Shown here one piece after another: positions 49,701 through 58,240 of a stretch of 64,000 nt of DNA. How positions within the stretch are numbered: the first letter of the stretch is position 1; each line of letters begins with the position of its first letter. The stretch comes from Corallococcus coralloides (lineage in GTDB: Bacteria > Myxococcota > Myxococcia > Myxococcales > Myxococcaceae). Below the pieces are notes generated by a model. That model was not told the DNA's origin and searched no databases. It worked only from the letters and a program-made list of their open reading frames with translations. The stretch lies in the NCBI RefSeq assembly GCF_004104415.1, contig NZ_CP034669.1, one strand, 5' to 3'. A program made the position numbers and the translations under genes.

Positions 49701-50140
49701 ATCAACTTCTGCCCGTCCAGACAGAACGAGTCCGCCTGGGTGAAGGTCACGGGCATGGACACGCCATCCGCTGCCATGTTCTTCGAACAGCGGGTGATTT
49801 GAGAAAGGCCAGACAAGCTCCAGCCCACCCCCAGGAGCCCGTTCGGCAGGTTGCTGCGATAGCTGAGGGACAAGGACGGTTGGAGGCCCGCCCGCCCCGG
49901 CGGGACCCAGAGGGGAATTGAATAGGTGGCGGAACCGTCTGACCCCACGCCGGCCTGTCCCTGAAGGTTGCCTACCGCGGCGCCGTCCGGCCCTACCTCC
50001 GTGGGCAGCACGGTGCCCGCGGGCACCGACAGCGATTGGCCCTCGGTTCGGAGCAGTTCGCCATCCCGAGGCGAGCCTGGCTCCGTGCGGCCACAGGCCA
50101 TCACCAACGTGAACAATGTCAGGAATACAATGCGATTCAT
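43748..50140 (-). CDS. RHS/YD-repeat polymorphic toxin lipoprotein with SpvB-like N-terminal domain, FG-GAP/VCBS-type repeats, RHS core and C-terminal HNH nuclease domain
   Basis: Lipoprotein signal MNRIVFLTLFTLVMAC; DxNGDGLxD repeats; many YD repeats; RHS core ending YVLNNPLRYTDPSGF (PxxxxDPxGL cleavage motif); C-terminal CENCG...VDHVIPESKGG...NGQVLCRDCNREKG HNH motif. Confidence 0.9.
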   Translation of the reverse strand: MNRIVFLTLFTLVMACGRTEPGSPRDGELLRTEGQSLSVPAGTVLPTEVGPDGAAVGNLQGQAGVGSDGSATYSIPLWVPPGRAGLQPSLSLSYRSNLPNGLLGVGWSLSGLSQITRCSKNMAADGVSMPVTFTQADSFCLDGQKLIAVNGQYGASNTEYRTETDTFSKIVSHSSDANGPKSFTVLAKDGRILNYGNIEANAVFQGNRVAVRPQYEKDYATTRDTAVSRYSWGLTSIIDRVDNVVAFHYGPIVYDASDNSYEQVLSHITYTSSLDAAQASLRHVNFSYDTRPAKDIRTAYVAGFKIKSSQRLKSLQMRGPDEVGQEVTLRTYEFTYAQEAGSDRSLLSSLKECDGGGKCKRPMTFEWTQPANSFTTVNTQITDASIIPEFATLQPGDVNGDGLDDLIYRAPASTQYFYKWRTSSSTGTAFAAPVNTVLPETCWYSSDGEDGRWFDFNLDGLLDVSIVKKDGCQVTPPRTMMNYVGGSNGFSLSGTGPSGRMFLADLDGSGLMNPVQITMDGPNGHPQLSFRPIIQGTLWAFQPITLGASEWHDFIQYAVNLDGLPRSSLLMERKVMDSSGFVLSASNRLWALEKRNGVYVKTETTLLLPTVDEKVYLFADINGDGLPDAILSPVAGGDIEIMMNTGNGFAAPVAQVLPAFAKFSSWDYDNGVRVLDYNHDGRQDLLLMDKKGSDRTKFVLLLSNGTSFDPQELAAITVSDEAGTRRNQLSQVLDMNGDGLADFVQPVNGQLVVYRQNGQRPGLLKGVKDSMNSGTTFTYKPISDTTVHARGTDCGYPNTCSRQGHWVVAESQTDAGEGHPVRVKRYFYEDGRFDVTGRGWLGFKAMTVQDVQAGTETRTEYDVTTRVDTFYPYAATPIRERVRLQFDGWTTEREREIHYRSVLRPGTVSYTKVLSIFPVNGTEIERNYATEAGPNAASAFVRTTQTSWTYDDTYGNLTDKTQSTVGGDQVAWHAEYSNSPSSWLVGLPTLVTESSTVNGQTVTRRKSLTYQSWTGFLLSETSEPGDPNLEQTTTYGRTRDGLASRVTRSGAGILTPRVTQITYDSFDRGLPASITNAAGHVTEFAYHRGLGVLAAVRDERGVETRWQYDGFGRLRKEDAPDQSDTEVHYTQLIAGTAYTTRVTTSVAGGQTVTVDYDRLGRSVRSSRLSFNGTQAISTRKFDALGRVVEVTDPDPQGGATGMVTAYQYDPLNRLLKTTHPDGSVSSAWYRGYREGFQVTTTDENGNSRRFLNDVNGRVIKSMERTAFTAPWLESTYQYGPFGQLQRVLDPQGNETLLGYDRLGRRTSLRTPDSGLTTTRYTALGEIDRTEDASQVVTTYVRDVLGRPVTVTSSRDGVDRFTWDTPAQGPSMPGLLMGSVREGDPATTTDDIAVAYGYDTLGRLTQEQWLVEGRAYAIDRSYDAYGRSLSLEYPAVAGTRLRLGYEYTSQGYLRSVRDLETLSEKWKVLERNALGQLTSESLGNGVVTQRLYDSMGRLRFIDSQKGTVPLQQLAYEYQPNGNVRSRHDRLARTTEDFHYDGLDRLTEWNIVQNCRNTIQSYSYDDLGNLLGWTSTLGASESETFTYGAGPAGPHALTGSQAGSYGYDASGNQTSAPGRTVEFTGFHLPSRIMDGQQSVSYRYSANNARTVKRHSDGTMTTYVGGLYEERREPGGAVTHSFHVSAAERGIAEVTWRVEAASGVAIKKQWRYMHSDHLGSTESVTDDAGLVVGRMKYDPFGARRHPLDLSLKWQGASHEVRHSFTGHEQDSEFELVNMRGRIYDPRLGRFLSPDPVVQAPLWGQSFNRYSYVLNNPLRYTDPSGFMSMELIYYYDSWYGAEIGRDFSNWTEPVSRSPASGYGPGLFERSPNYEPVTMEIRFGDQSYTSLEQSHLRSTDYSKGGEITESITLLETTVYHPDEVNVLLTRLTQGLGGGLMGVMAGLLPAGHLLPIPEDQTQDFYRGYGVGMGAVSLMELYAAAGMFVGGVAGEGIGGAISFTGVGAAVGVPVAAVSAAAVAGSLVVGAEGVADATKGLAVFSSAKDRSGKSFTRKGRDIVVEENRARNGGDTVCENCGTTTVPSQQSRSGVRPPGNETQVDHVIPESKGGKGSPENGQVLCRDCNREKGDKYPWP

Positions 50141-50223
50141 TGATTCGCCTGAAGAAGCAGCTTGAAAAGGAAACGCATGCGGGTCACGCATGGAAGACAT
50201 TCGCACGGTACGCTCGGGCTCGT

Positions 50224-50778
50224 TCACGACTCGGAGCCACCGGGGTTGCAGGAGATTCCCGGGCACAGGCGGTTCGTGTTGCACGAACCATCACAGCACT
50301 TGTACTGCCCCTGCGGGCACGCGGGCGGAGGCGGCGTGACACACTGGCCATTCGTGCACGTATCACCCTGGGAGCAGGTGCCACACTGAAGGGTTCCCCC
50401 GCAGCCATCCGAGGCCGGGCCACACGTCACCCCGAGGTCGGCGCAAGTCATTGGGGCACATTGGCACACATTGTCCGCGCAAGCGATTCCGGAACCGCAG
50501 GTGCCACAGTTCAACCACGCGCCACACCCATCCGGCATGGCCCCACAGTTCTTGCTCAACCCCTGGCAGGTGAATGGCGCACAGCTGCAGGCGAGGTCAC
50601 TCGTGCGGCAGACGTCGTCTTCGTCCACCCACCCGTCGCAATCATCATCCCGGCCATTGCAGACCTCCGCCGCGGGAGTACAAGCCGCGTCCGCTGTCGA
50701 AGGCACTACGAGCCCGACCGCCAACCACGCCACAGTCAGGAGCCACACCCAGCGAAGCGGCTTCGTGAGAATCGTCAT
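50224..50778 (-). CDS. secreted cysteine-rich repeat protein with MopE-like CNGxDDDCDGxVDE metal-binding motif
   Basis: Signal peptide MTILTKPLRWVWLLTVAWLAVGLVVPSTADA; about 36 Cys in 184 aa in CxxxTCxxLGxxCGxxxDGCGxxLxCGTC repeats. Confidence 0.7.
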   Translation of the reverse strand: MTILTKPLRWVWLLTVAWLAVGLVVPSTADAACTPAAEVCNGRDDDCDGWVDEDDVCRTSDLACSCAPFTCQGLSKNCGAMPDGCGAWLNCGTCGSGIACADNVCQCAPMTCADLGVTCGPASDGCGGTLQCGTCSQGDTCTNGQCVTPPPPACPQGQYKCCDGSCNTNRLCPGISCNPGGSES

Positions 50779-51074
50779 GTCAGTGCTGAATCCAAAAGGG
50801 GGCGCGAGTCCGCGATGAGTGGCACCGCCAACCGCGAGGAGTCGCGCTTCTACATCATGCCCCCAAAGAAAATCCAGACATGGGCCGGAAGTACGCGCGG
50901 ACCCATGCCTGGATGCCTGCTTTCACGATCTTCAGGAGTTGTCTGGATTCAACCCGTGCCAGCAGTTGCGTGGCCAATGCGTGGCGCATCGCCTGCGGGC
51001 ACACCTGACATGGTCGGGGAAGCCTGGGCCTCCCCCGAGCCACGCAGGATTCGCGGCGCGCCGCGAGCCCTGCC

Positions 51075-53357
51075 CTACTTCGCGGGCGCCGGAGCGGGCG
51101 CCGCGGCCGGTGCCGTCCCCGCGGGGGCAGGCGCGCCCGACAGCTCGGACGGCACCAGCTTGGGCAGCAGCACGCGGCACGCGTCCTCGGACAGCCAGTG
51201 GTACGTGCACAGCCACTCCGTGACGGGCACGCGCACCTGCCAGCCCAGCACGAAGAGGATGAGCAGCGTGAGCCCCAGGCGGGCCCCCAGCGACATGCGC
51301 TCGGCCTCGTCGTCGCCCTGCGTGTGGCGCAGCGCCCCGCGCACCAGGTCCACGTGGTCCACGCGCGCGTTGGCGGGCAGCTTGGGCTTGCGGGTGATGA
51401 GCGTCGCCACGCCGCGAGTGAGCATCAGCCGGTCGTTGAGCGCCCAGCCGGAGCCTTCCAACAGCAGCGCCAGGTTGCGCCGCCGCAGCTTCAGCCACCC
51501 GAGCAGTCCCGCGGGAGCCATCACCACGATGGCCAGGATGGTCGCCGCGGTGATGACGTCCACCAGCGTGAGTGACTTCACCTGCGTGAGGATGAACGCC
51601 AGCGAGGAGCCCAGCGCCGCGAACGCGATGCCGCCCGCCGCGAGCACCCCCGCGATGCCGCCTCCCGCCGGAGCCGCCGCGGGCGCAGCAGCCGCCGCCG
51701 GGGCTGGAGCCGCCGGGGGCGGAGGCGCGGTCACCGTCTGCTTGTAGCCGGACTCCAGCGACGCATCGAAGTCCTTCTCACCAGACGCGGCCAGCCCCTC
51801 CACCTTGCTGGTGATGAACGCGCCGATGCGCATGAACGGCATGGTCATCGACTCCCAGAGCGACACGGGCTGCCGGATGACCTGCGTGACGATGGCGTCG
51901 CTCTCCTTGCCGTCCACGTCGTAGAACACGCCGCGCTTGCCAACGATGAGCTCCGTGCTGCGGCCGGAGGTGACGGGCACCGCCACCTCGTAGCCGTCCG
52001 TCGCGTCGCGGGGCAGCACCTTCACGTAGAGGATGCAGGTGGTCCCCTGCCCCGTCAGCGCCGCGTGCGCCGCGTGGTCCGTCACCAGCACGGACAGCGT
52101 GTACTTGCGCCCCGCGAGGATGAGCGTGCCCCGCTCCATCAGCGCCCGCCGCTTGGGCAGGTACAGGTTGGGCATGCTGATGAAGTTGTTGGCGAACTGC
52201 AGCAGCCAGCGCTGGTACAGCACCAGCCGCTCCAGCTCCGCGATGACGTCCAGCGTGGGCTTGAGCGACAGGTCCTCGCGGCTCACCGACTCCAGCGCGT
52301 CCAGCTCCTCGTCCGACACCGAGCCCAGCGTGTCCGCCACCGCGTGCAGCGGGCTTGCGTCGCGCTTCGCCTGCCAGGCGAGGATCCCTTCCGCCTTCGC
52401 GGACAGCTCGCGCCAGGCCGTGTCCGTCAGCTTCACGCCGTCACCCAGCAGCGGCGTCGCCACCTCCTGGTGGAAGGCCTCCAGCTTCTCGTAGCCCGCG
52501 CCGCGGTACAGCCGCGCCCACACCAGCACGCCGCTCGGGTCTGGCGGCGCGATGGGCAGCTCGTTCGCGGCCTTCCCCATGGCGCCCAAATCGCCCAGCG
52601 CGCCCTCCACCCGGTCCGCGCGCAGGCGCAGGCTGGCGGCGGCCTCCGGCTGCGCGGCCACCAGCCGGCACTGCACGAAGTAGCCGTTCAAGAGCGGCGC
52701 CACGTCATGCACGCGCTTCGCCTGCTCCAGGCTCGCCGTGCCCCAGGTGAACACGGAGTCCCTGCCGCCCAGGTGCGCGAGCAGGGCCGCGCGCTCCTCC
52801 CGGAAGCGCTTCACCAGGCCCACGTCCACGCCCGCCAGGCCCGCGCGGTTCGTCACCTGCGGGAAGGCCGCGATGATGGACTGGGCCAGGGGCCGCAGGC
52901 GCTCCGGCAGCGACACCGGCGCGATGAGGCCGTCGCCGTTCTTGCCCGCGTCGCGCAGCGCCTTGTCGCTGGTGCGCAGCTGCTCCAGCGACAACTTCGT
53001 GGTGTCCGGCGCGTTGAGCGTGCGCAGCACCAGCTCCGCCGCGCCCTTGAGGTTGGACGCCGTATCGGACAGCGCCGAGAGCTCCAGCACGTCGCTGCCG
53101 GCGTCCGCGCCCTTGCGGTCCTGGAGCCGCGCCGCCGTCCAGTCCACCGCCGCGCGCAGCTCCTCCACCCGGATGCGGCCGTTGCCGTCCGCGTCCATCA
53201 GCGTGAGGAAGCGTGGATCACACGCGATGCCCTCCAGGGGGCATGCGAGCGCCATCCACTGCGTGGCGGGGATCCTCACCGCCTCGGTGAGGGTGTTGAA
53301 ATCGGGGATGTCGACCTGGAGCGAGCCGCCGTAGCGGCGATAGACGAGCTGTGCCAT
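51075..53357 (-). CDS. large hypothetical membrane protein with Pro/Ala-rich low-complexity segments
   Basis: 760-aa ORF; TM segments near C-terminus (IAGVLAAGGIAFAALGSSLAFIL; TAATILAIVVMAPAGLLGWL); PAPAAAAAPAAAPA tracts. Confidence 0.6.
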   Translation of the reverse strand: MAQLVYRRYGGSLQVDIPDFNTLTEAVRIPATQWMALACPLEGIACDPRFLTLMDADGNGRIRVEELRAAVDWTAARLQDRKGADAGSDVLELSALSDTASNLKGAAELVLRTLNAPDTTKLSLEQLRTSDKALRDAGKNGDGLIAPVSLPERLRPLAQSIIAAFPQVTNRAGLAGVDVGLVKRFREERAALLAHLGGRDSVFTWGTASLEQAKRVHDVAPLLNGYFVQCRLVAAQPEAAASLRLRADRVEGALGDLGAMGKAANELPIAPPDPSGVLVWARLYRGAGYEKLEAFHQEVATPLLGDGVKLTDTAWRELSAKAEGILAWQAKRDASPLHAVADTLGSVSDEELDALESVSREDLSLKPTLDVIAELERLVLYQRWLLQFANNFISMPNLYLPKRRALMERGTLILAGRKYTLSVLVTDHAAHAALTGQGTTCILYVKVLPRDATDGYEVAVPVTSGRSTELIVGKRGVFYDVDGKESDAIVTQVIRQPVSLWESMTMPFMRIGAFITSKVEGLAASGEKDFDASLESGYKQTVTAPPPPAAPAPAAAAAPAAAPAGGGIAGVLAAGGIAFAALGSSLAFILTQVKSLTLVDVITAATILAIVVMAPAGLLGWLKLRRRNLALLLEGSGWALNDRLMLTRGVATLITRKPKLPANARVDHVDLVRGALRHTQGDDEAERMSLGARLGLTLLILFVLGWQVRVPVTEWLCTYHWLSEDACRVLLPKLVPSELSGAPAPAGTAPAAAPAPAPAK

Positions 53358-53460
53358 TCGGCGCGCGAAGACAGCACACCCCGTCCGGGTGTGCACGCCT
53401 CAACGTCACGCCGCGCGCGGGAAGGAAGGCCCGGGCGGCCTCCCTTCCCTGGGTCACCCG

Positions 53461-55080
53461 CTACTGCGCGGTGGCGACGGCGCTGTACACGCCGGGGTTG
53501 GGCCCCTGGCCGATGATGTAGACGGCCCGCGCGTCATCCTTGCCCGCGAAGTACACGGGCACCTGCACGCCCTGGTCGAGCGTCTTCCTCGCCCCCGACT
53601 TCACGTCGTAGACGGCCACGTCGTAGGTGTCCGAGTCCATGCGCGCGTACGTCGCGAGCACGCGCGCTCCGTCCTCGGAGATCTTGTAGCTGAAGATGCC
53701 CTGCATCCACGTCTTCGCCTCGGCCTGCTTCTGGCCCAGGTCCACGGCCTTGAAGTCGCACGCGCGGCCGTTGCGGATGCAGTTGGTGCGGAACACCACC
53801 GCGCTGTTGTTCGGCGCGAAGCCGTAGCCGAACACGCCCGGCTGCACCTTCTCCGCCTTCTCCTGGCCCAGCGCGTACAGCATCAGGTCCACGGAGAACA
53901 CCGGCTTCACGAAGCGCGACAGGAACGCCACGTAGCGGCTGTCCGAGCCCCACACGAAGTTGGGCACCCGGTCCCCTACGCGCTTGGGCGCGCCGTCCGG
54001 CAGCGCCGCCACGCCCAGGGCGCCCGCGCGCGACGGCTGATCATACTTCTCCAGGTAGGCCACCGCCTTGGAGTCCGGCGCGAACGCCAGCTCCTCCACC
54101 GCCTCGCCCACCTTGCGCCCCGCGCCGCCGGACGCCGGGCCCACGTACAGGTCGCCCAATTGCTCCGGCTTGCCGTTCTCCGTGCGCGCCAGCCACTGGC
54201 CATCCGGAGAGAAGCTGAAGTTCTTCGAGCCCGTGGCCAGCTTCGTGCCCTTCAGCGCGGGCAGGTCCGCCAGGTACAGGTCATACATCCCGCGCACGGC
54301 CTCGCTGCGCACCTGGTAGGCCACGTGCTTGCCGTCGGAGGACACCTGGTAGTCGCCCACCTGGTCCGCCAGCTTGCGAGGCGCCTCCGTGGCGCCCACC
54401 GTCACCGCCGCCAGCCCGCCCGCGGCCGACAGCCGGCGCTTGAAGAGCAGCGTCTTGCCGTCCGGGGTGAACTGCGCGGTGCTCACCTCGCCCGCCACGT
54501 CCTGGAACGGCCCCTGCGGCAGCTTGCCCAGCTTCAGCGTGCCCGCGTCCACGAAGGCCGCGTGCACGCCGTCCGGAGACGGCAACAGGTAGCTCACCGC
54601 CGTGCCCAGCTTCACCGGCTCCGCGGCCGCGTCCGTGAGCGCCAGCACGTTCAGCTCGCCGGACTGCGAGGCCGGGTTGTAGCCCGTCACGTACAACAGG
54701 TGCTTCGAGTCCTGGGAGAACAGCAGGCTGCCCGGCACGTTCGTCACGCCGTCGCCCAGCGCGCGCACGTTGCCGCCCGTCACCGGCACGACGTACAGCG
54801 AGCCCACCAGCATCTGCGGCGGGATGCCGTCCAGCCGGGGCTTCTGCCCGTTGAGCAGGAACGAGGCGTACTGCCCGTCCGGCGACAGGCGCAGGTCCGC
54901 CGCGCGCCCCGGCACGAGCAGCTGCCCCTGCCCGCCCACCACCGCGGTGCCCTTCGCCGCGCTGCGGACCGTGTCCCCCTGCGCGGCGCTGCGCTGGGAG
55001 GGCGCGGCGTTGTCCTCGCCCTTCTTGCACCCCGACACCGCCAGCAGGGCCAGCAGGCCCACCATTCCGGTTCGCTTCAT
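53461..55080 (-). CDS. TolB-like beta-propeller (PD40/WD40-like repeat) lipoprotein
   Basis: Signal peptide [20 protein letters not shown]; repeated SPDG/FSPDGQ/FAPDSK propeller blade motifs. Confidence 0.75.
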   Translation of the reverse strand: MKRTGMVGLLALLAVSGCKKGEDNAAPSQRSAAQGDTVRSAAKGTAVVGGQGQLLVPGRAADLRLSPDGQYASFLLNGQKPRLDGIPPQMLVGSLYVVPVTGGNVRALGDGVTNVPGSLLFSQDSKHLLYVTGYNPASQSGELNVLALTDAAAEPVKLGTAVSYLLPSPDGVHAAFVDAGTLKLGKLPQGPFQDVAGEVSTAQFTPDGKTLLFKRRLSAAGGLAAVTVGATEAPRKLADQVGDYQVSSDGKHVAYQVRSEAVRGMYDLYLADLPALKGTKLATGSKNFSFSPDGQWLARTENGKPEQLGDLYVGPASGGAGRKVGEAVEELAFAPDSKAVAYLEKYDQPSRAGALGVAALPDGAPKRVGDRVPNFVWGSDSRYVAFLSRFVKPVFSVDLMLYALGQEKAEKVQPGVFGYGFAPNNSAVVFRTNCIRNGRACDFKAVDLGQKQAEAKTWMQGIFSYKISEDGARVLATYARMDSDTYDVAVYDVKSGARKTLDQGVQVPVYFAGKDDARAVYIIGQGPNPGVYSAVATAQ

Positions 55081-56441
55081 GCGCTCGTCTGTCCTTCCGT
55101 CTGGGCGACAACGCCCGCCAGTGGCAGCCAGGCCGCCAGGTCCTGCTTCGCCCGCGCCGAGTAGGCCGCGCGCTTGTCCGCCTTCTTCATCCGCCCGGAC
55201 AGCGGCGGGAACAGGCCGTAGATGACGTTGGTGGGCTGGTGCGGGTGATCCGGCGGGTGCGCTTCCCCGGTCAGGTGCCGGTACAGCGACCCCAGCGCCG
55301 TCGTGGCCGGGGGCGGCACGAACGCACCGCCCGTCAGCCGCGCGTGCACCGCCAGCGCCACCAGGTAGCCGCACGCCGCGCTCTCCACGTAGCCCTCCAC
55401 GCCCGTCACCTGTCCCGCGAAGAACACCCGCCGCTCCGTCTTCAACGACAGGTCCTCCGCCAGCAGGCGGGGCGAGTCGATGAACGTGTTGCGGTGGATC
55501 TGCCCCATCCGCAGGAAGTCCGCATTCTGGAGGCCCGGGATGCACGCGCTGAAGATGCGCTTCTGTTCACCCCAGGTCAGACGCGTCTGGAAGCCCACCA
55601 TGTTCCACGCCGTGCCCGCCCGGTCCTCCATGCGCAGCTGCACCACCGCGTACGGATCCTGCCCCGTGCGCGGGTCCTTCAGCCCCACGGGCTTCATGGG
55701 CCCGTAGGCCAGCGTGTCGTCGCCGCGCTCGGCCATCACCTCGATGGGCAGACACCCTTCGAAGTACTTCGGTTCCTCGAAGCTGTGCGGCACCACCTTC
55801 TGGCCCGCCTTCACCTCGTTGACGAAGCGGTAGTACTCGTCCTTCGTCATGGGGAGGTTGAGGTAGTCATCCCCGCCGCCCTTGCCGTAGCGGCTCTGGC
55901 GGAAGGCGATGTCCATGTCGATGGAGTCCCCGGACAGGATGGGCGCGATGGAGTCGTAGAAGTAGAGCTTCGTGCCCACGTGGCGCTCCAGGTCCGCCGT
56001 GAGCGCCTCCGACGTCAGCGGCCCCGTGGCCACCACCACCACGCCGTCCTCCGGCAGCCGCTCCACCTCGCCGCCGACAATCTCCACGCCCGCGCCGGAC
56101 ACCAGCCGGGTGGTGATTTCGCGAGAGAAGCCCTCGCGCTCCACCGCCAGCGCGTCGCCCGCGGGCACGCGGTGCAGGTCCGCGCTGGACAGCACCAGCG
56201 AACCCAGCGCGCGCAGCTCCGCGTGCAGCAGGCCAATGGCGCTCTCCGGGTTGTCCGAGCGCAGCGAGTTGCTGCACACCAGCTCCGCGAGCGTGTCCGA
56301 CTTGTGTGCCGGGGAGCGCTTGTGCGGCTTCATCTCCCGCAGCACCACCGGCACGCCACGCTGGGCCAGCTGGTACGCGCACTCCGTCCCCGCCAGGCCG
56401 CCGCCAATCACCGTCACCCGCTGCTGCTTCACGTCCGCCAT
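55077..56441 (-). CDS. trmFO: methylenetetrahydrofolate--tRNA-(uracil54-C5)-methyltransferase
   Basis: [21 protein letters not shown] motif; TrmFO/Gid length and conserved blocks; stop overlaps downstream ATG. Confidence 0.9.
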   Translation of the reverse strand: MADVKQQRVTVIGGGLAGTECAYQLAQRGVPVVLREMKPHKRSPAHKSDTLAELVCSNSLRSDNPESAIGLLHAELRALGSLVLSSADLHRVPAGDALAVEREGFSREITTRLVSGAGVEIVGGEVERLPEDGVVVVATGPLTSEALTADLERHVGTKLYFYDSIAPILSGDSIDMDIAFRQSRYGKGGGDDYLNLPMTKDEYYRFVNEVKAGQKVVPHSFEEPKYFEGCLPIEVMAERGDDTLAYGPMKPVGLKDPRTGQDPYAVVQLRMEDRAGTAWNMVGFQTRLTWGEQKRIFSACIPGLQNADFLRMGQIHRNTFIDSPRLLAEDLSLKTERRVFFAGQVTGVEGYVESAACGYLVALAVHARLTGGAFVPPPATTALGSLYRHLTGEAHPPDHPHQPTNVIYGLFPPLSGRMKKADKRAAYSARAKQDLAAWLPLAGVVAQTEGQTSA

Positions 56442-56669
56442 GCATGCCTCCGGGCCCCCGCACCGGGGCCCCAAAGGGCCCTGTTAGCAGAGACACCCCG
56501 CCCTTTCACGTCCGCCCGCCTGCCCTGCGTCCCACCATGCGTGCGGAACGGGAGGTGAGGTTTCCCCACCTGGGATCCAACCCTAGGTTTCTCGCGGTCT
56601 TCGCTCGGGACGGAAAGCGTCCGGGCGAGCGCCCTACAACCGCGAATCTGGGATGGGAGTGACGCAGCC

Positions 56670-57062
56670 ATGAGCCGAGCCAACGACTTGTTGAAGATCC
56701 GGGGCCTGTTGCAGGAGCGTCGCAGGACGACCGAGACCGCCCAGGCGGGCGCCCGCCGTGAGCTGGCCGCCCTGAAGGATCAGGAGCGCGATCCCGAGTA
56801 CGAGGAGCAGGCGCAAGCGGAGCTGGCGGACTACACGCTCTCCACGCTGATTGAAGCGCAGCGCCGGGAGATCATGCTCATCGACGCCGCGTTGGCGCGC
56901 ATGGAAAACGACGTGTTCGGTGAGTGCGTGGACTGCGGCAACGAGATCTCGCTGGACCGGCTGGAGGCCATGCCCTTCGCCATCCGCTGTGAAGAGGACG
57001 CCGCCATCCACGAGCAGGAGACGCGGGAGGCCGCGCGCCACGTAGGCAGCCTGTCCCTCTAG
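56670..57062 (+). CDS. DksA/TraR-family C4-type zinc-finger protein
   Basis: Coiled-coil N-terminus; C-terminal FGECVDCGNEISLDRLEAMPFAIRCEEDA zinc-finger. Confidence 0.8.
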   Translation: MSRANDLLKIRGLLQERRRTTETAQAGARRELAALKDQERDPEYEEQAQAELADYTLSTLIEAQRREIMLIDAALARMENDVFGECVDCGNEISLDRLEAMPFAIRCEEDAAIHEQETREAARHVGSLSL

Positions 57063-57124
57063 CGAAGCCGTCCAAGCGCTCCCCCGTGCGTCCATCCCGC
57101 GCGGGGGAGTCGTGCATCCGGCGC

Positions 57125-57703
57125 CTACTCCGCGTCGCGCTGGAGCACGATGAAGCGGTAGTTCTGCAGCTCGTTCACGCCCGCCGTGTAGAGCACCGTG
57201 AGCAGCAGATCATACGGGACCATCTTGTCCGCGATGACCGACAGCTCATGCGTGAAGGGCGCCGCCGGGTTGCGCTCTTCGATGTACTTGAGCTTCGCCA
57301 CTTCCTTCTTCAGCTGCGCGTCCAGCCCGAGCACCAGGCGCTCCCCCTGGAGCTGATTCTTCGGGATCTGGCCGTTCTCCAGCCGCACCACCTCTTTGTC
57401 CCCCACGAGGATGTTCTTGGGGGTGATGGTGATGGCCACCGTGTCCTTGGGCGAGGCGCGCGTGGAGGACACCGGCGGCCGCACGTCTTCGGACGCGGTG
57501 ATGGCCGCGGAGGACGACGCGAAGGACTTCAGGAGGAACACCAGGATGATGGTCATCATGTCCATCATCGCGGTGATGTTGAGCTCCTTCACTTCACTGG
57601 CGGCCTCGCGCTCCTTGCGCTTCTTGCGCGCGAGCGCCCGGCGGTAGCGCATGCGCGCGAGCTGGTCGGCTTCCTCGGCGGACAGGGTCGCGGGTTCGGA
57701 CAT
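57125..57703 (-). CDS. exbD: ExbD/TolR-family biopolymer transport protein (second paralog)
   Basis: Single TM MDMMTIILVFLL followed by periplasmic ExbD domain. Confidence 0.85.
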   Translation of the reverse strand: MSEPATLSAEEADQLARMRYRRALARKKRKEREAASEVKELNITAMMDMMTIILVFLLKSFASSSAAITASEDVRPPVSSTRASPKDTVAITITPKNILVGDKEVVRLENGQIPKNQLQGERLVLGLDAQLKKEVAKLKYIEERNPAAPFTHELSVIADKMVPYDLLLTVLYTAGVNELQNYRFIVLQRDAE

Positions 57704-57705
57704 GG

Positions 57706-58230
57706 CTAGAGGACGCCCAGGGTGACGTCGGGGAAGAGCAGCTTGCGCTCGGCGACGGTGCCCGGCGTCTCACGCAGGGCGTCCATCGTCTGGATCAGCG
57801 CCTCGTAGGGGATGTCCGGATCCGCCGCGACGATGACCTTCGTCTCCTGCGGAAAGGCGGCCTTGAGCTTCACCATCTGCGCGTTCAGCGCGGCGAAGTC
57901 CTGCGTGCCGTCCGGGCGCAGGGGCAGCGTGGGCGCCCCGCCCTCCGTGACGGGGATCTCCGCGCTGTCGCCCCGGACGATGAGCCCCTTCCGGGAGATG
58001 AGCACGGACAGGTTCAGCTTGGGCGCGTCCGCGTCCCCACCCGCCCCCGCGGCGGCGCCGTAGCTGGGCGCGTTCACGTTGAGCGCGCCAAAGGCGGTGA
58101 GCCCCGTGATGGAGAGCAGCATGAAGATGATGAGGTTCATGAGGATGTCGAGGTACGGGACGATGTTCAGCTCGCCCGCCTCCTCCTCTTCCCTCGGCTT
58201 CAGCTTCCGGCGCGAGTAGTGGAACGCCAT
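57706..58230 (-). CDS. exbD: ExbD/TolR-family biopolymer transport protein (first paralog)
   Basis: ELNIVPYLDILMNLIIFML TM; periplasmic domain. Confidence 0.85.
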   Translation of the reverse strand: MAFHYSRRKLKPREEEEAGELNIVPYLDILMNLIIFMLLSITGLTAFGALNVNAPSYGAAAGAGGDADAPKLNLSVLISRKGLIVRGDSAEIPVTEGGAPTLPLRPDGTQDFAALNAQMVKLKAAFPQETKVIVAADPDIPYEALIQTMDALRETPGTVAERKLLFPDVTLGVL

Positions 58231-58240
58231 GGCGGGGCCA

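Noticed and set aside
53389-55164. 591-aa plus-strand ORF
   Set aside because: Antisense to the beta-propeller lipoprotein gene; Arg/His-rich low complexity.
56480-56669. Possible tRNA/sRNA in the trmFO-dksA intergenic region
   Set aside because: No cloverleaf-compatible acceptor/T-arm pairing could be found by eye; it is more likely divergent promoter sequence.
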